NCBI RefSeq assembly: GCF_004010195.1
Contig: NC_057719.1
Span: forward strand, 73,266,365-73,330,364
Direction of reading: 5' to 3'
Length of the DNA: 64,000 bases
From: Chiloscyllium plagiosum
Taxonomy: Eukaryota
The position numbers were made by a program, and so were the translations under genes. This document shows positions 51,921 through 63,026 of this stretch, one piece after another. Positions within the stretch are counted from its first letter, which is position 1. Every line of letters begins with the position of its first letter. The notes under the pieces were generated by a model. That model was not told the DNA's origin, searched no databases, and saw nothing but the letters and a program-made list of their open reading frames with translations.

Positions 51921-53509
51921 GACCTATTGAGAGAAGTGCAACAAATAAAGCTGGGAGTCCCACTGAGCAGACTTCTCATTGCTAATAATCTCCTAGAGCT
52001 GGGGTGACTTGGGGTGGTCACATATTCTAGTGATGTACATCAGGCTTCTTGCCATCCTTATCAATCCTCCCCTTTATGTGGAGGTTATCTATGGATTCCA
52101 AAGGTGATGCTTTTTGACTCTGAAGAATTGACTACACTGCATTCCTCTTTCTGCAATCGTCACCCAGTGTTCGGCTTCCTGAGTTTGTCAGGGAGATGCT
52201 GCACTGACACTGACAGTAGAAAGTCAGCACCAGGGCTGACTCACCGCTTACTGCTCCTGAACTGTCATCCTTTATAATGACCCTATTGATGAATGAACTC
52301 ATTCACAAATCCACATTCCTCCTGAGATTCATTACAGCAGTTGGAATGACGTGGGATTCTATTAACACAAGGTAGATATTACAGCATCAGTACAGAGCAA
52401 GAATCATAAAATCCAAAGTAATTCTTTGTCGAGCAGACACTGGTGCAGAGCTACTGGAGATATGGGCAGTTGTTACAGAGAAATAGCTTGCTTTACTGTT
52501 TGTTTTCCTGAAGGCTGGAAGCTGGCCTTACTGAGACTGATATAGTCTCAGGTACAATTCTGGCTTTTACTGTCTGCCTAATTTTACTCTCCATTTTCCA
52601 CATTGGGGAATAATATTGAACAGGATTTATGATAACCGGGTCTGTTTGATCGTATGGATTCCTAACCAAGCAATTTTGGTTAAAATTACTCTGAGCTCTT
52701 GTTTCAGTGTAGATATAGTTCTTTGTGGCTTGGAGGCATTTTTCTTTTAGTTTTGCATGCATGAGCTGTTACAACTGGTTCTACTGTTGTGCAGACACTT
52801 GTAAGTAGCCCAATCCCAACTTTGTAGTAGGCCAGTAGATATATACAAAACATGTCGACCTGCATTCAAGCAAACAGGCTTTTCAGCAAAGTGATTGGGT
52901 ATTATTCATGAGCAGGAACTTGTGCTGATCCTCCTATTTATCTGAGAACATTGAAGCTACTTGTAGCATTCCATCATCATATAGACACAGAGTAGTTATT
53001 AAGATTAAACCTGGACATTTTTGGTTTGCATTGCTCAGTTTGAAAAATGAGTTTTATGTCCTCTTAAGTTGCTTGGACTCAACTTGGACTGAATCTATTT
53101 TAAACTGTTTTAAATAGAAACATGTTTAATTGTAAATGTAGCCTTTTAAGTATTGGGAGTACTTGTGGTAAAATGGGTAGCATCCACATCTTTGAGCTCT
53201 GAGCCCTGGGTTCAAGTCCCATCCAGTCCGACTGCCAAAGAAGATGCATTAATAACATTGCCGAACAGGTTGGGTACTAGGCGGCAAATCTTTGCAGTAT
53301 GTCTTTAGAAGATGGAAGCAGCCATGCTTCTTGTAGAGTGAACCTCCTTGAGCTTTAGCCTCCACCTTCAGGTGAGTGAACCCTTCTGGCTAAAACGAGC
53401 CACAGGAAACAGATGTAAGCATCTGATGTTTGTCCGCTTCATGTGCCAAGAAGTGGGAAGCTACTGAAGTTTTTCAAATATTGCAGAATAATTGATCGTT
53501 AGTTTATGG

Positions 53510-53603
53510 TCGAGAGTGTGGTGCTGGAAGAGCACAGTAGATCAGGCAGCATCTGAGGGGCTGGTGAATTGACGTTTCGGGCAAAAGCCCTTCATTAGGA
53601 ATG
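53510..53603 (-). mobile_element. PLE family A-like fragment with mutated hammerhead (CTAATGA)
   Basis: GACGTTTCGGGCAAAAGCCCTTCATTAGGAAT. Confidence 0.7.
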
Positions 53604-55747
53604 TAGTTTGTGGGTCAACGCAGTGTATGATATTCTAACAGCTCATAAGCAAGAAGACCATGGATTTGACCCATTTTGTGCTGAATTAATGAATCTCCAT
53701 CAGTGCAGCAGTTGGAATATTAGAATTTGCTTTGAATTTTGGGTTCATGATGGAGAGAACTGGAGACATAAATCAGGTTTCCTGCTGTTCATCTCCATCT
53801 GAAATCTGCTGAACCGAGAACCTGACTTCACACAGGCAGACACAATTGGATTGATGTGCAGTACCCTGTAGGGTTTGAATGACTGTCAACATTGAACACT
53901 TGGGTTCGAAAATGAAGAACTACCACTTAATTGAAACATCAGTATAGTAGGTAGTTGGTGCCTGTAGAACAGTGTTTCCTGCCTCAACATTGTAACTTCA
54001 TTTTCAGGTGTTGAGTGAAATCTGGATGCTGGTACAATGAGCTCCTGTATGGATATTGCATTTTGCACTAAATCACATTGAAATTATCTTGCATATAATT
54101 TAATGCATCCACGATATAGATCTGTACCTATTTGTGTGAAAATTCAAGGACTGATGAGTATTTATGAAAATCAATAAAACTTTCTTGTGAAGTTATCAAT
54201 CCTTTTCAAATTAATCTATTATTCACAGCTATGAAAGAGAACAGATAGGAACAGGAGGAGGTCATTGAAGACCCTTGAGTTTGTTCCCAGTTTAATTAGA
54301 TCACGACTGATTTGTATCTCAGTGTGATTTGCTTATTTTTGTTCCATATTCCTTGATACTTTATTTAATAACCATCTGTGTTCAAAATTTCAATTAGCTT
54401 AACATTTACACTCACAGGGGAGGAAGAGATTGGATTTATCAATGCCCTTTGTGTGAAAACGTCTTTTAATTTCACTCCAATGTAATACCCCAAAGGAAAT
54501 TGTTTATCTGCATCAACCCTTTACCATGCCAAGACCTCCAGAAAACCTCTCCGCAATTTTCTACATTCACATGGAATAAAATAAGCAAGATTGTGCAAAA
54601 TGTCAAAACTTGCAATTTAGCTCTTTAAACCCTGGTAAATCTGCACTGTGCTCATTCAAGTTTGGTGTATGTTGCTCGATGGTTGGCAATCAAAGCTGAT
54701 TGCAGGGTCTCAAGGTGGGGTTGAACTAACTGTATTGCTGCAGCATCACTTCCTCACCTTTTGTATTCCATCCTGAGATGAAGGGTGACATTCTATTAAT
54801 CCCTGGCCTTTGGTGATTTGTATACATAAATATCTCGATCTCTATGCATCCAGTCTGTTATTAATTAAACATTCAGGTGTGTCTTTACTGGATCCAAAAT
54901 GATTGATTTTTTTTTTAATATACTCCATCTGCTGTTATTTATTCCAGTTGCCTGAGACTGTCCATGTCCCTTCCTTACTCCAGCTGTAATCACCATCTCA
55001 CCCTCTAGATTAATTACACTGGCATTCTGGCAAGTGTCCTGATGAGTGCAAGACAAAAAAGCTTTGCCAAAGTGTGTATTTTTTCAACAATATCTACTGC
55101 ATGCACAAGATGTCTTATCATGGCTTCATCTTACCACATGGCTCCAAGATTGTTTGCCGTTGTGTCACTTCCTGTGATGATGCTATCTTACTCCATTAGA
55201 ACATCATACAGTCAGACCCATCTTTTTTTTTAACACTGCAATTTACAGCTCCCCAGTGTCCTCCCCGTAACTGAGGGAACACAGCAGTGAGACAGATTTG
55301 GCAAATGCAGGCTTGCCTCTTACAGCAACCCCAAGCCTCTCCAGGCTATCTACCGTATACAATGTCTCATTTCTCATTTCTGAAGGCTTCTCATTTTCCA
55401 GCCGTCTTTTTACCTGCGAACATCTGCACCCAATCAGCTTTTGATAGTTCAAAATTTACCTTTTTCCCATTTAAAACGTCAACTTTCAGACCTGATCTAT
55501 TCTTTTACATCACTATTTTAAAATTAATAGAATTAAGGTCACTGGCCCCAAAGTGCTCCCCCACTGACACCTCAGTCACCCGCCCTGCCTTATTTCCCAA
55601 GAGTAGGTCAAGTTTTGCACCTTCTCTAGTAGGTACGTTCACATACTGAATCAGAAAACTTTCTTGTACACACTTAACAGATTCCTATCCATCTAAACCT
55701 TTAACACTATGGTAGTCGCAGTCTATGTTTGGAAAGTTAAAATCCCC

Positions 55748-55923
55748 GCAGGTCAGGCAGCATCCAAGGTGCAGGAGAATTGACGTTTCGGGCATAAGCC
55801 CTTCTTCAGGAATGCCCGAAATGTTGATTCTCGTGCTCCTTGGATGCTGCCTGACCTGCTGCGCTTTTCCAGCAACACATTTTTCAGCTCTGATCTCCAG
55901 CATCTGCAGTCCTCACTTTCTCC
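55748..55923. mobile_element. Palindromic PLE insertion with 14-bp TSD
   Basis: AAGTTAAAATCCCC at 55734-55747 and 55924-55937. Confidence 0.88.
55782..55809 (-). ncRNA. Minimal type-I hammerhead ribozyme motif
   Basis: Minus strand CTGAAGA-A-GGGC(TTAT)GCCC-GAAA-CGTC. Confidence 0.72.
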
Positions 55924-56259
55924 AAGTTAAAATCCCCTACCATAACTACCCTATTATTCTTACAGACTGAAAATGCTTTGTGGTTTTTTTCCCACACAAA
56001 AGAGATTGAAAGAACGGAATTTGTTGAATGGCACAGTATGGAAACAGACCATTCAGCTCAACAAGTCCATACCAGCCCTCAGAGCATCTCACCCGACCCA
56101 TCCCCCTATGCTATTCCTGTATCAATAGTCACTCAACGGGCAAATGTTTCATGGAACAAGATTTTAACACTCTGAATGGAACCAGAGACCTTCTGAACCT
56201 CTAATAGGTTGGTTTTGACAGTGAACATGAACTGGGCTCCCATTACCAATTACAACTCG

Positions 56260-56540
56260 ATTGCCTCAGGCAACTGTCTGTGTTGAGTTTGCGCATTCTC
56301 TCCGTGTCTGCGTGGGTTTTCTCTGGGTGCTCTGGTTTCCTCCCACAATCCAAAGATGTGCAGGTTAGCTGAATTGGCCAGGCTAAATTGGCCGTAGTGT
56401 TCAGGGATGTGTAGGCAGGTGCATTAGTCTAGGGTAAATGTAGAGTAGTAGCGCAAAGAGGCAGTGTGGGTTACTCTCCGGATGGTCGGTATGGACTTGT
56501 TTAGGCAAAATGGCCTGTTTCCACATTGTAGGGATTCTGT
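56260..56540 (+). mobile_element. 5'-truncated V-SINE
   Basis: V-domain and tail homologous to 17944-18260. Confidence 0.8.
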
Positions 56541-56897
56541 TCTTGCTAACGTCCTAAGAACTGACCTCAGTTACTGCTTCCAATGTCCTCGCACCACCTC
56601 CCCCCCCAACCACCAAACAGTGTACCTTGACGCAATCGCTGAGTTTTCCCCACTCTGGATTCCAAGAACAGTTGGGATGATTCCTTTTCTTCCCACCAAC
56701 TGACAGCACTGTTTGAGCTCTTCCTAGTTAACAAATATTGTCCTCCAGCTATGAAGAAGGGTTAGATTCTGGTTTTCAAACAATACTGATGGAACACCTT
56801 TTTTTCCCACTTCTACAGTTAAGGGATATCAGAATTAGCTTTATTGTCACATGTACTCAACTGAGTACCATGAAAGGTTTAGAAGTCGCAACTTAGC

Positions 56898-57230
56898 AGG
56901 ATGGCACTGTGGCTCAGTGGCTAGCACTGCTGTCTCACGCGCCAGGGACCTGGATTCGATTCCAGCCTCAGGTGACTGTCTGTGTGGAGTTTGCACATTC
57001 TCCCTGTATCTGTGTGGGTTTCCTCTGGGTGCTCCAGTTTCCTCCCACAATCCAAAGATGTGCAGGTTAGGTGCATTTGATGTGCTAAATTACTCATTGT
57101 GTTCAGAGATGTGTAGGTTAGCCATGGGAAATGTAAGGTTACAGAGAAGGAATGGGTGGGATGCTCTTCAGAGGATTGATGTGATCTTGTTGGGCTGAAT
57201 GGCCTGTTTCCACACTGTGGGGATTCTATA
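56898..57230 (+). mobile_element. V-SINE (HE1-like)
   Basis: A-box TGGCTCAGTGG, B-box GATTCGATTCC, V-domain and tail. Confidence 0.85.
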
Positions 57231-58777
57231 CATATTATGGCACCATCTTCGGTACCTAGGTACAGATTTTGAAGTACAAATGCTTAGGGGGAAAATAATT
57301 GGAAAAATAAAGAAATAAAAAGTCTAGGTTTGCAGATCAAAGAAATAAATTAGAAAAATAAAGAAACAAAAGTTTTAAAATAGCCGTCATTCTACCCAGC
57401 CCATGCCAGTACCTAACCCATGATCTGTACCAGGCTTCACCTCAAGGTTGTCTAGGCCAGGAGAACGTTCCAGAATCATCTCGAGGACGCCAAGAGATCA
57501 CCACATCAGGCTGAGACACCGCTAGGCCAAGCCGAGAAAGATAGACAAAAATACTGAGTTAGTTTGACTTATTCATGTTGGAGCTCCTCAATTAACTTGT
57601 CAAGACTAAATTGTTTTTAAGTGGATGGACATTAACACAATTACATGGCATTGCTCTATCCAATGTTTCTCACAAGTATTAAATGATTAGTTTTAATTAG
57701 GATACTGTTTCGACTAAACACGATGAAGATTGCCATGTAGCATCCTTCAATTTTGTCATCAATAAATCAGCAAAAATAGCTTTCTTATTTTTAATTTCAA
57801 ATTTATTTTAAATTGACGCCTGATGCGGTTTATTCCTTTCACAGAATTATTTCCATTTTAAACCCATCCAACTGGAAAAAAAGATTGTTACTGATTCAGG
57901 TTTGAATTTTCATGCATTGGAATGCAGCTACGAAAGAGTTCTTTCCTTTACTTTGAGTTTTGAAAGCACAATTCACTTCTATACACTGACTTGAAGTTGG
58001 TTTATTCTGAGAAAATTGATGGAACCATGACTGAGCCCAGTTCATGTTAGCACTCTGAACCAACCACCTATTAGAGGTTCAGAAAGTGTCAGGATCCATT
58101 CAGAATGTTAAAATGGTGTTCCATAAAACATTTGCCCATTGAGTGACTATTGATGGACCTTCCATTAAACAAATTCCCTCCTTTCTTGCAGAAAAGCACA
58201 CTAAAAGCACACTTACGGAGATAGTATAGCCCCTAAGGAGCCACTGTCAGAGATTCCTAACTGTCTCAAAGCAATGTCATCTTGAAGATGTACTTTTGAT
58301 CTCAAAGGGCATTGATTACTCACAAACAGTTACATGCTATTCATGCCTGATACGGTTAGATATATATGTCGTGCACCAAAACATACAGACTACATACATA
58401 CTGTCACAGTAAGCACCATGTTAACAGTCCATAGAAATTAAACACCTCATTGATATTTGTATTTGAAGATCAGCTACTATAGACCATAAAATATAGGAGC
58501 AGAATTAGCCCATTTGGACCATCCACTCTGCTCACCAATCAATCATTCATCTGCTTCTCAACCCCATTCTCCTGCCTTTTCCCCATAACCCTTGATCCCC
58601 TTACTAATTAAGAAATTTTGCCTTAAATATACTCAATTGCTTGGCCTTCTGCAGCGTTGAACTCCACAGATTCACCACTCTCTGGCTGAAGAAATTCCTC
58701 ATCATCTCAGTTCTAAAGGGTCTTTGCCTGTGCTCTTGGGGTCTTGTCTCTCCTACAAGTGGAAAACTCTTCTCCAT

Positions 58778-58985
58778 AATGAGTTTTGAGAAGATTTGTA
58801 GCTCAGGTTGGGGTTCTGAATGTAGGTTTGCTGACATCACCAACCCAAAGAAACCCGAACATATAAACAGAAAGCAGGAATTATCAATAGTGCTTTGCCT
58901 GGAGGCCCACTGAAGATGTTACCTGGTAGGGTGATGAAACATCTGAAAATGAATCTTCCAGCTGAGCGAGCAAACCTACATCCAG
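58778..58985. mobile_element. PLE insertion with inverted ends and 13-bp TSD
   Basis: AACTCTTCTCCAT at 58765-58777 and 58986-58998. ATGTAGGTTTGCT / AGCAAACCTACAT are inverted. Confidence 0.75.
58907..58945 (+). ncRNA. Hammerhead ribozyme motif (partly decayed)
   Basis: CCA-CTGAAGA-T-GTTACC(TGGTAG)GGTGAT-GAAA-CATC-TG. Confidence 0.6.
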
Positions 58986-59726
58986 AACTCTTCTCCATGT
59001 CCACTCTGTCTAGGCATCTCAGTATTTTGTGGTACTGTCTCAAATTTGACTGTCCGGAACCCGGACACTTTTATGATGGTTCAGGCATCAATTTTAATTG
59101 AGGAAAATGAACTTGCCTGGACAACTCTGCAAAATGAGTGCTGCTAAACATGAATGCATATGAGCTTTAATCAACATCAGAACATACCAAATTTGTCCTC
59201 ACAGTTCTCATTCACTGTACATTATTAAAAGCTATAACAGTTCAGACCAAGGCTTAAGAAACCTCATTATTTGCATTATGCTCTCTGAACTTTATAAAGT
59301 ACAAATATTTTACATATAGAAGAATTTAATTGAATTGCATGATTTATTGTCACGTGTATTTAACAGTGAAAAGTTTCAATTGATGCCACAATCCAGCACC
59401 ATTTTGAATAGTTTAAGAGTAAAAAGATATAACTGAAAGGGAGTCCATCAGAGGTAGAGGGTAGTTATTGTTAGTTTTGAACAAGACTGTTAATGAAGGC
59501 AACGTTACCAGGCATGAGGTGGGAGTGAATGTGTAGAAGATCCTTTCAGAAGCTGGGAAGACCTGAATGATCGAGAACTCTACAGATACTCCTCTTACCT
59601 GGTACTGCTTTGAAAAGTGACGAACATTAGTTTGCACAATGTGACTGACCAGGATCGCGGTCCCCAGGTTGATCAGAATTGCATATCACTAAGCCGTGGC
59701 ACTTTTACTAATGTTACTTTTGATAA

Positions 59727-59845
59727 AAACAAAGAACTGTGGGTGCTGGAGATCTGAAACAAAAACAGACATTTCTGGAAAAACTCAGCAGTTCTGGCAG
59801 CATTTTTAGAGTTAATGTTTCGAGTCTGGTGATCCTTCATCAGGA
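59727..59845 (-). mobile_element. Older PLE 3' fragment with decayed hammerhead
   Basis: Minus strand CTGATGA-A-GGATC(ACCA)GACTC-GAAA-CATT at 59843-59814. Confidence 0.6.
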
Positions 59846-61189
59846 CTTTGACTTTTTGACTTTGTTTTTATTGTCTTTCATCACTCTGTAAATTGTTTTT
59901 AAAAAATTTGCAATGGCAAATTAATTGCTTTGTTAGTTCAAAATACACTGTTTTGTGTGACTGAGCCACTTAAGCCAACAAACTCTTCGATCTTATGATT
60001 GGCCTCTGTTGGTGTAGCTGAAGCTAGAGATTGGCTATTTGATTTGTAGATCAATAGAATCATGTTTGAGCTGAAGTGCTTTTAACGGAAAAATCAGAAA
60101 TAACAGAACAACAATGTATTAAACAGCAATAGGGAAGCAGAGGCTATGAACATTGCAGGATGTTCTGAACTTATGCAGTGACAATTAAGCCCTTCAAAAA
60201 TGCTGGATGAATATTTAGGCACAAATGAGATTGAAGGTTATTGAGATGAGTATAGTCAGAGTTAACTGCGTATTCAATGGAAGATGTGCACTGGAGGGAT
60301 CAAATAAATTGTGAAAAGGAAGAACTTGGACATAAAAGGGCTTTTCATGTCTTTAGGATGTCCCAAAGCACTTTGCAGTCAACAAAGCATTATTTTAGAT
60401 GTGCTGTACTGCAATTATATAGACAAGTGTAGCAAGCTAATTTTGTGCAGCGCTCCCCTGAACAGCTATAGCTAAATAATGTGTTGTGTGAAGGAAATGT
60501 GTTGGCCAGGACATGGGGGTAATTTCTTAGAATGTCAACAGCTACTGTGAATTACATCAATCTGCGGAGGAGGGGGATCATGACTTAACATCAGCTCGTA
60601 ATGATGCGATCAAAATATTGACGTGGAATTTGAACCCTTGATCAATCCATTATTTTATGGGTGAGCCATGACAGCTGAGTCAGGGCTGATTAGTGTAGAT
60701 GGCTTGGCTTTCTGGAACTTTTCTTCTTTATAACCTTTGGAATCTTAGTTCAGGACCTTTCAACACCATCAACTTGCATTCATGTAGTGTAATGTTTAAT
60801 GTTGTGAAACATCTCAACTCACTTGACAGGAACATTGTCCACCAAAATTTGGCATTGGGGGGATAAGATTGATAAAATTGAGGCATTGCCCAACACAGAG
60901 CCAATGTATGCCAGCAAGAACAAGGGTGATGGCTAAGTGACACTTGATGCAAGTTAGGATAAGGGCTACGTAGCTTTTGATGAACTTTCTTTATTTATGA
61001 GGCACTGTAATTAACAAGGGCTTTCTCAGACATTAACTGAAGTAGAGGTAGGTTTAGTGACATTATTGATTTGGAGTGAGGTGGTCTTGCTGATGACACA
61101 GTGACCTGGTTGCATATACCATGTTTGTGAACTGTCTGGTTCAAGCTACGAGAGTTAGCAGGTAGAGGTGGGATTGGTAGCAGGGAAGA

Positions 61190-61420
61190 ATTGTAACACT
61201 AATGCACATCAGGAAGTGATCTGTATCACCGCCTGCACTGCCATAGCTGCATGTGTTAAGAATGCTGTTCAGAAAGTCATGTCTGATGATGACCAGATCC
61301 AGTTGGCTCTGATACCCTAATATTGGATGTTTCCAGAACAACTTGGTGCATGGTTTGCTCTGAAAGGATGTGGTAGTTACACCAATCTCTTGGCAGTGGA
61401 ATTTGCAAGCCCATTCACTT
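61190..61420 (-). mobile_element. RTE-clade LINE endonuclease fragment
   Basis: QTKPCTKLFWKHP...QLDLVIIR...NSILNTCSYGSAGGDTDHFLMC matches the RTE APE C-terminal pattern (W.HP...QLDL...SADCDTDH). Confidence 0.65.
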
Positions 61421-62004
61421 TGGAATACCAGATCTCAGCTTCCAGCTAACTCTGGCATTTTGTCTCTTGCTGTGTTCTGTTAACCAGTCTATCATCCTCT
61501 TGTTTTTTTTCACAAGTGAGACACTGCGCTGCTGAAAGTTGGTGCTTATTAACATTTTCAGGTAGTCCTTCCACAATGCAATCACTGCACCCTGTTCTTG
61601 TGCAATCGCGCTTTAGAAACAGCACTGAAAGTGTTGGTGATGTAATCATGTTACAGCCAATACACGTTTTAAAAGTTTGTGCTTTAGAAACTGTGTCCCA
61701 AATTCAGCAATCATGTCACAGCGAATTTGAGTTAACGATACACAAGTTATAGCAGAACAATCTGTAATCCGCATAATCAGTGGTGTTATTGGACTCTGAT
61801 TGGATTGAGTAATGCAGAATTAGTTTATGATTCCTTTTAATGCTGACTTGTTGATGCCAATACCAGTTATCTCCTGATCGTCTGCTTTCTTACAGTTTTC
61901 TGATTTTCTTCTTACATAGCAAGGTGCATCACAATATTTTTGGTATCTGCTTATTTGAGACACAAGTGGATGTAATGTCATTGCTTCAAAAATTAATATC
62001 TTTA

Positions 62005-62480
62005 GACGAATTGTACCATTTTTACATATGCCTGGCACTGCTCCTGGATGCCCTCTTGCACTCTGCATTTAACCAGGATTGATGCCCTGGTTTGCGGGTA
62101 ATGGGGGAGTGCAGAAATGCTGGGCCGTGAGGTTGCAGATTGTTTTGGGTTATGATTGTGTTGTTGCTGATGTCCACAAAGATTCATGGATGCCCAGTAT
62201 TGAGTCGCTAAATCTGTTTAAAGTTGTTCTATTTAGCAACAATGGAGAGTATCCTCAATGAGAAGGTAGGACTTTGTCTCCACAAGGACAATGTGGTGGT
62301 TACTGATACTGCAATGGACAGATGGACCTGTGGCAGGCAAATTGGAAAGGATGAGGTCAAGTAAGTTTTTCCATCTTGTTGGTTCCCTGACCACCTGCTG
62401 CAGACTCAGTCGAGCAGCAATGTCCTTCAAGACTTAACCAGCATGATGAATGGACCTTGAAAGTCCCTCACCCACAGCAT
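62005..62480 (-). mobile_element. CR1/L2-group LINE APE fragment (family of 18440-20680)
   Basis: KDIAARLSLQQVVREPTRWKNLLDLILSN is homologous to ~18855-18940. Confidence 0.7.
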
Positions 62481-62954
62481 GTTTTGTTGGATGAACTGGA
62501 ACTGAGGGGTTGTGTAAAATACATTTCTGGTTGACAACAGGAAGTTGATTGGTCTATGGACTATTGATCAGTTATTGATGATAAAGCCCTTTTGTCTTCC
62601 AAAAACCCTATGATTCTTTGGTAACTGAACAGCTTGTGTCTGGAAGCAAGTTAGGGAGAAATGGTTTGAATACTTCCATGTCAGGAACTGTCTCTTTTTA
62701 TTTTCTGCAGTCAAATCCATTTTAAACCTGAAGAAACCCAGTTTAACTTCCCTTCATCAGTTGCTGTAAGCAGTGACTTAACAGATAACTCAGAGACCTT
62801 TTATAAGCAAACCAGCAAGGTTGTATCTCTCAGCATCTGGAGAAAGATGACTAAAAAGCAATATTTTGACCTTTATAAGAATCCTGTCACCAATCTGTCA
62901 ATGGCAACCACTGAACTGTGTCCCAGTTTTCCTCTGCCATAATCTATATTTTTC

Positions 62955-62987
62955 TGTGTGTGTGTGTGTGAGAGGGGGAGAGAGAGA

Positions 62988-63026
<39 letters not shown>
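62955..63026. repeat. Compound (TG)n(GA)n microsatellite
   Basis: Direct inspection. Confidence 0.9.

Larger units (their letters stand above)
55375..55965 (-). mobile_element. CR1 ORF2 APE fragment (family of 31273-33478) split by a PLE
   Basis: CTGGCCCCAAAGTGCTCCCCCACTGACACCTCAGTCACCCGCCC is the reverse complement of ~31328-31372. The GDFN motif is interrupted at 55748. Confidence 0.8.
56121..58154. mobile_element. Element bounded by ~120-bp inverted repeats (candidate non-autonomous DNA transposon)
   Basis: 56121-56240 (ATCAATAGTCACTCAACGGGCAAATGTTT...GAACTGGGCTC) is a diverged reverse complement of ~58033-58154. Confidence 0.6.
58478..59030 (-). mobile_element. CR1 3' end, interrupted by a PLE
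   Basis: RPFRTEMMRNFFSQRVVNLWSS and ILRCLDRVDMEK motifs. Confidence 0.8.

Noticed and set aside
52224..52243. REST/RE1-like motif (TCAGCACCAGGGCTG; also 24445)
   Set aside because: Only the left half-site matches, and the 24445 instance lies in a repeat.
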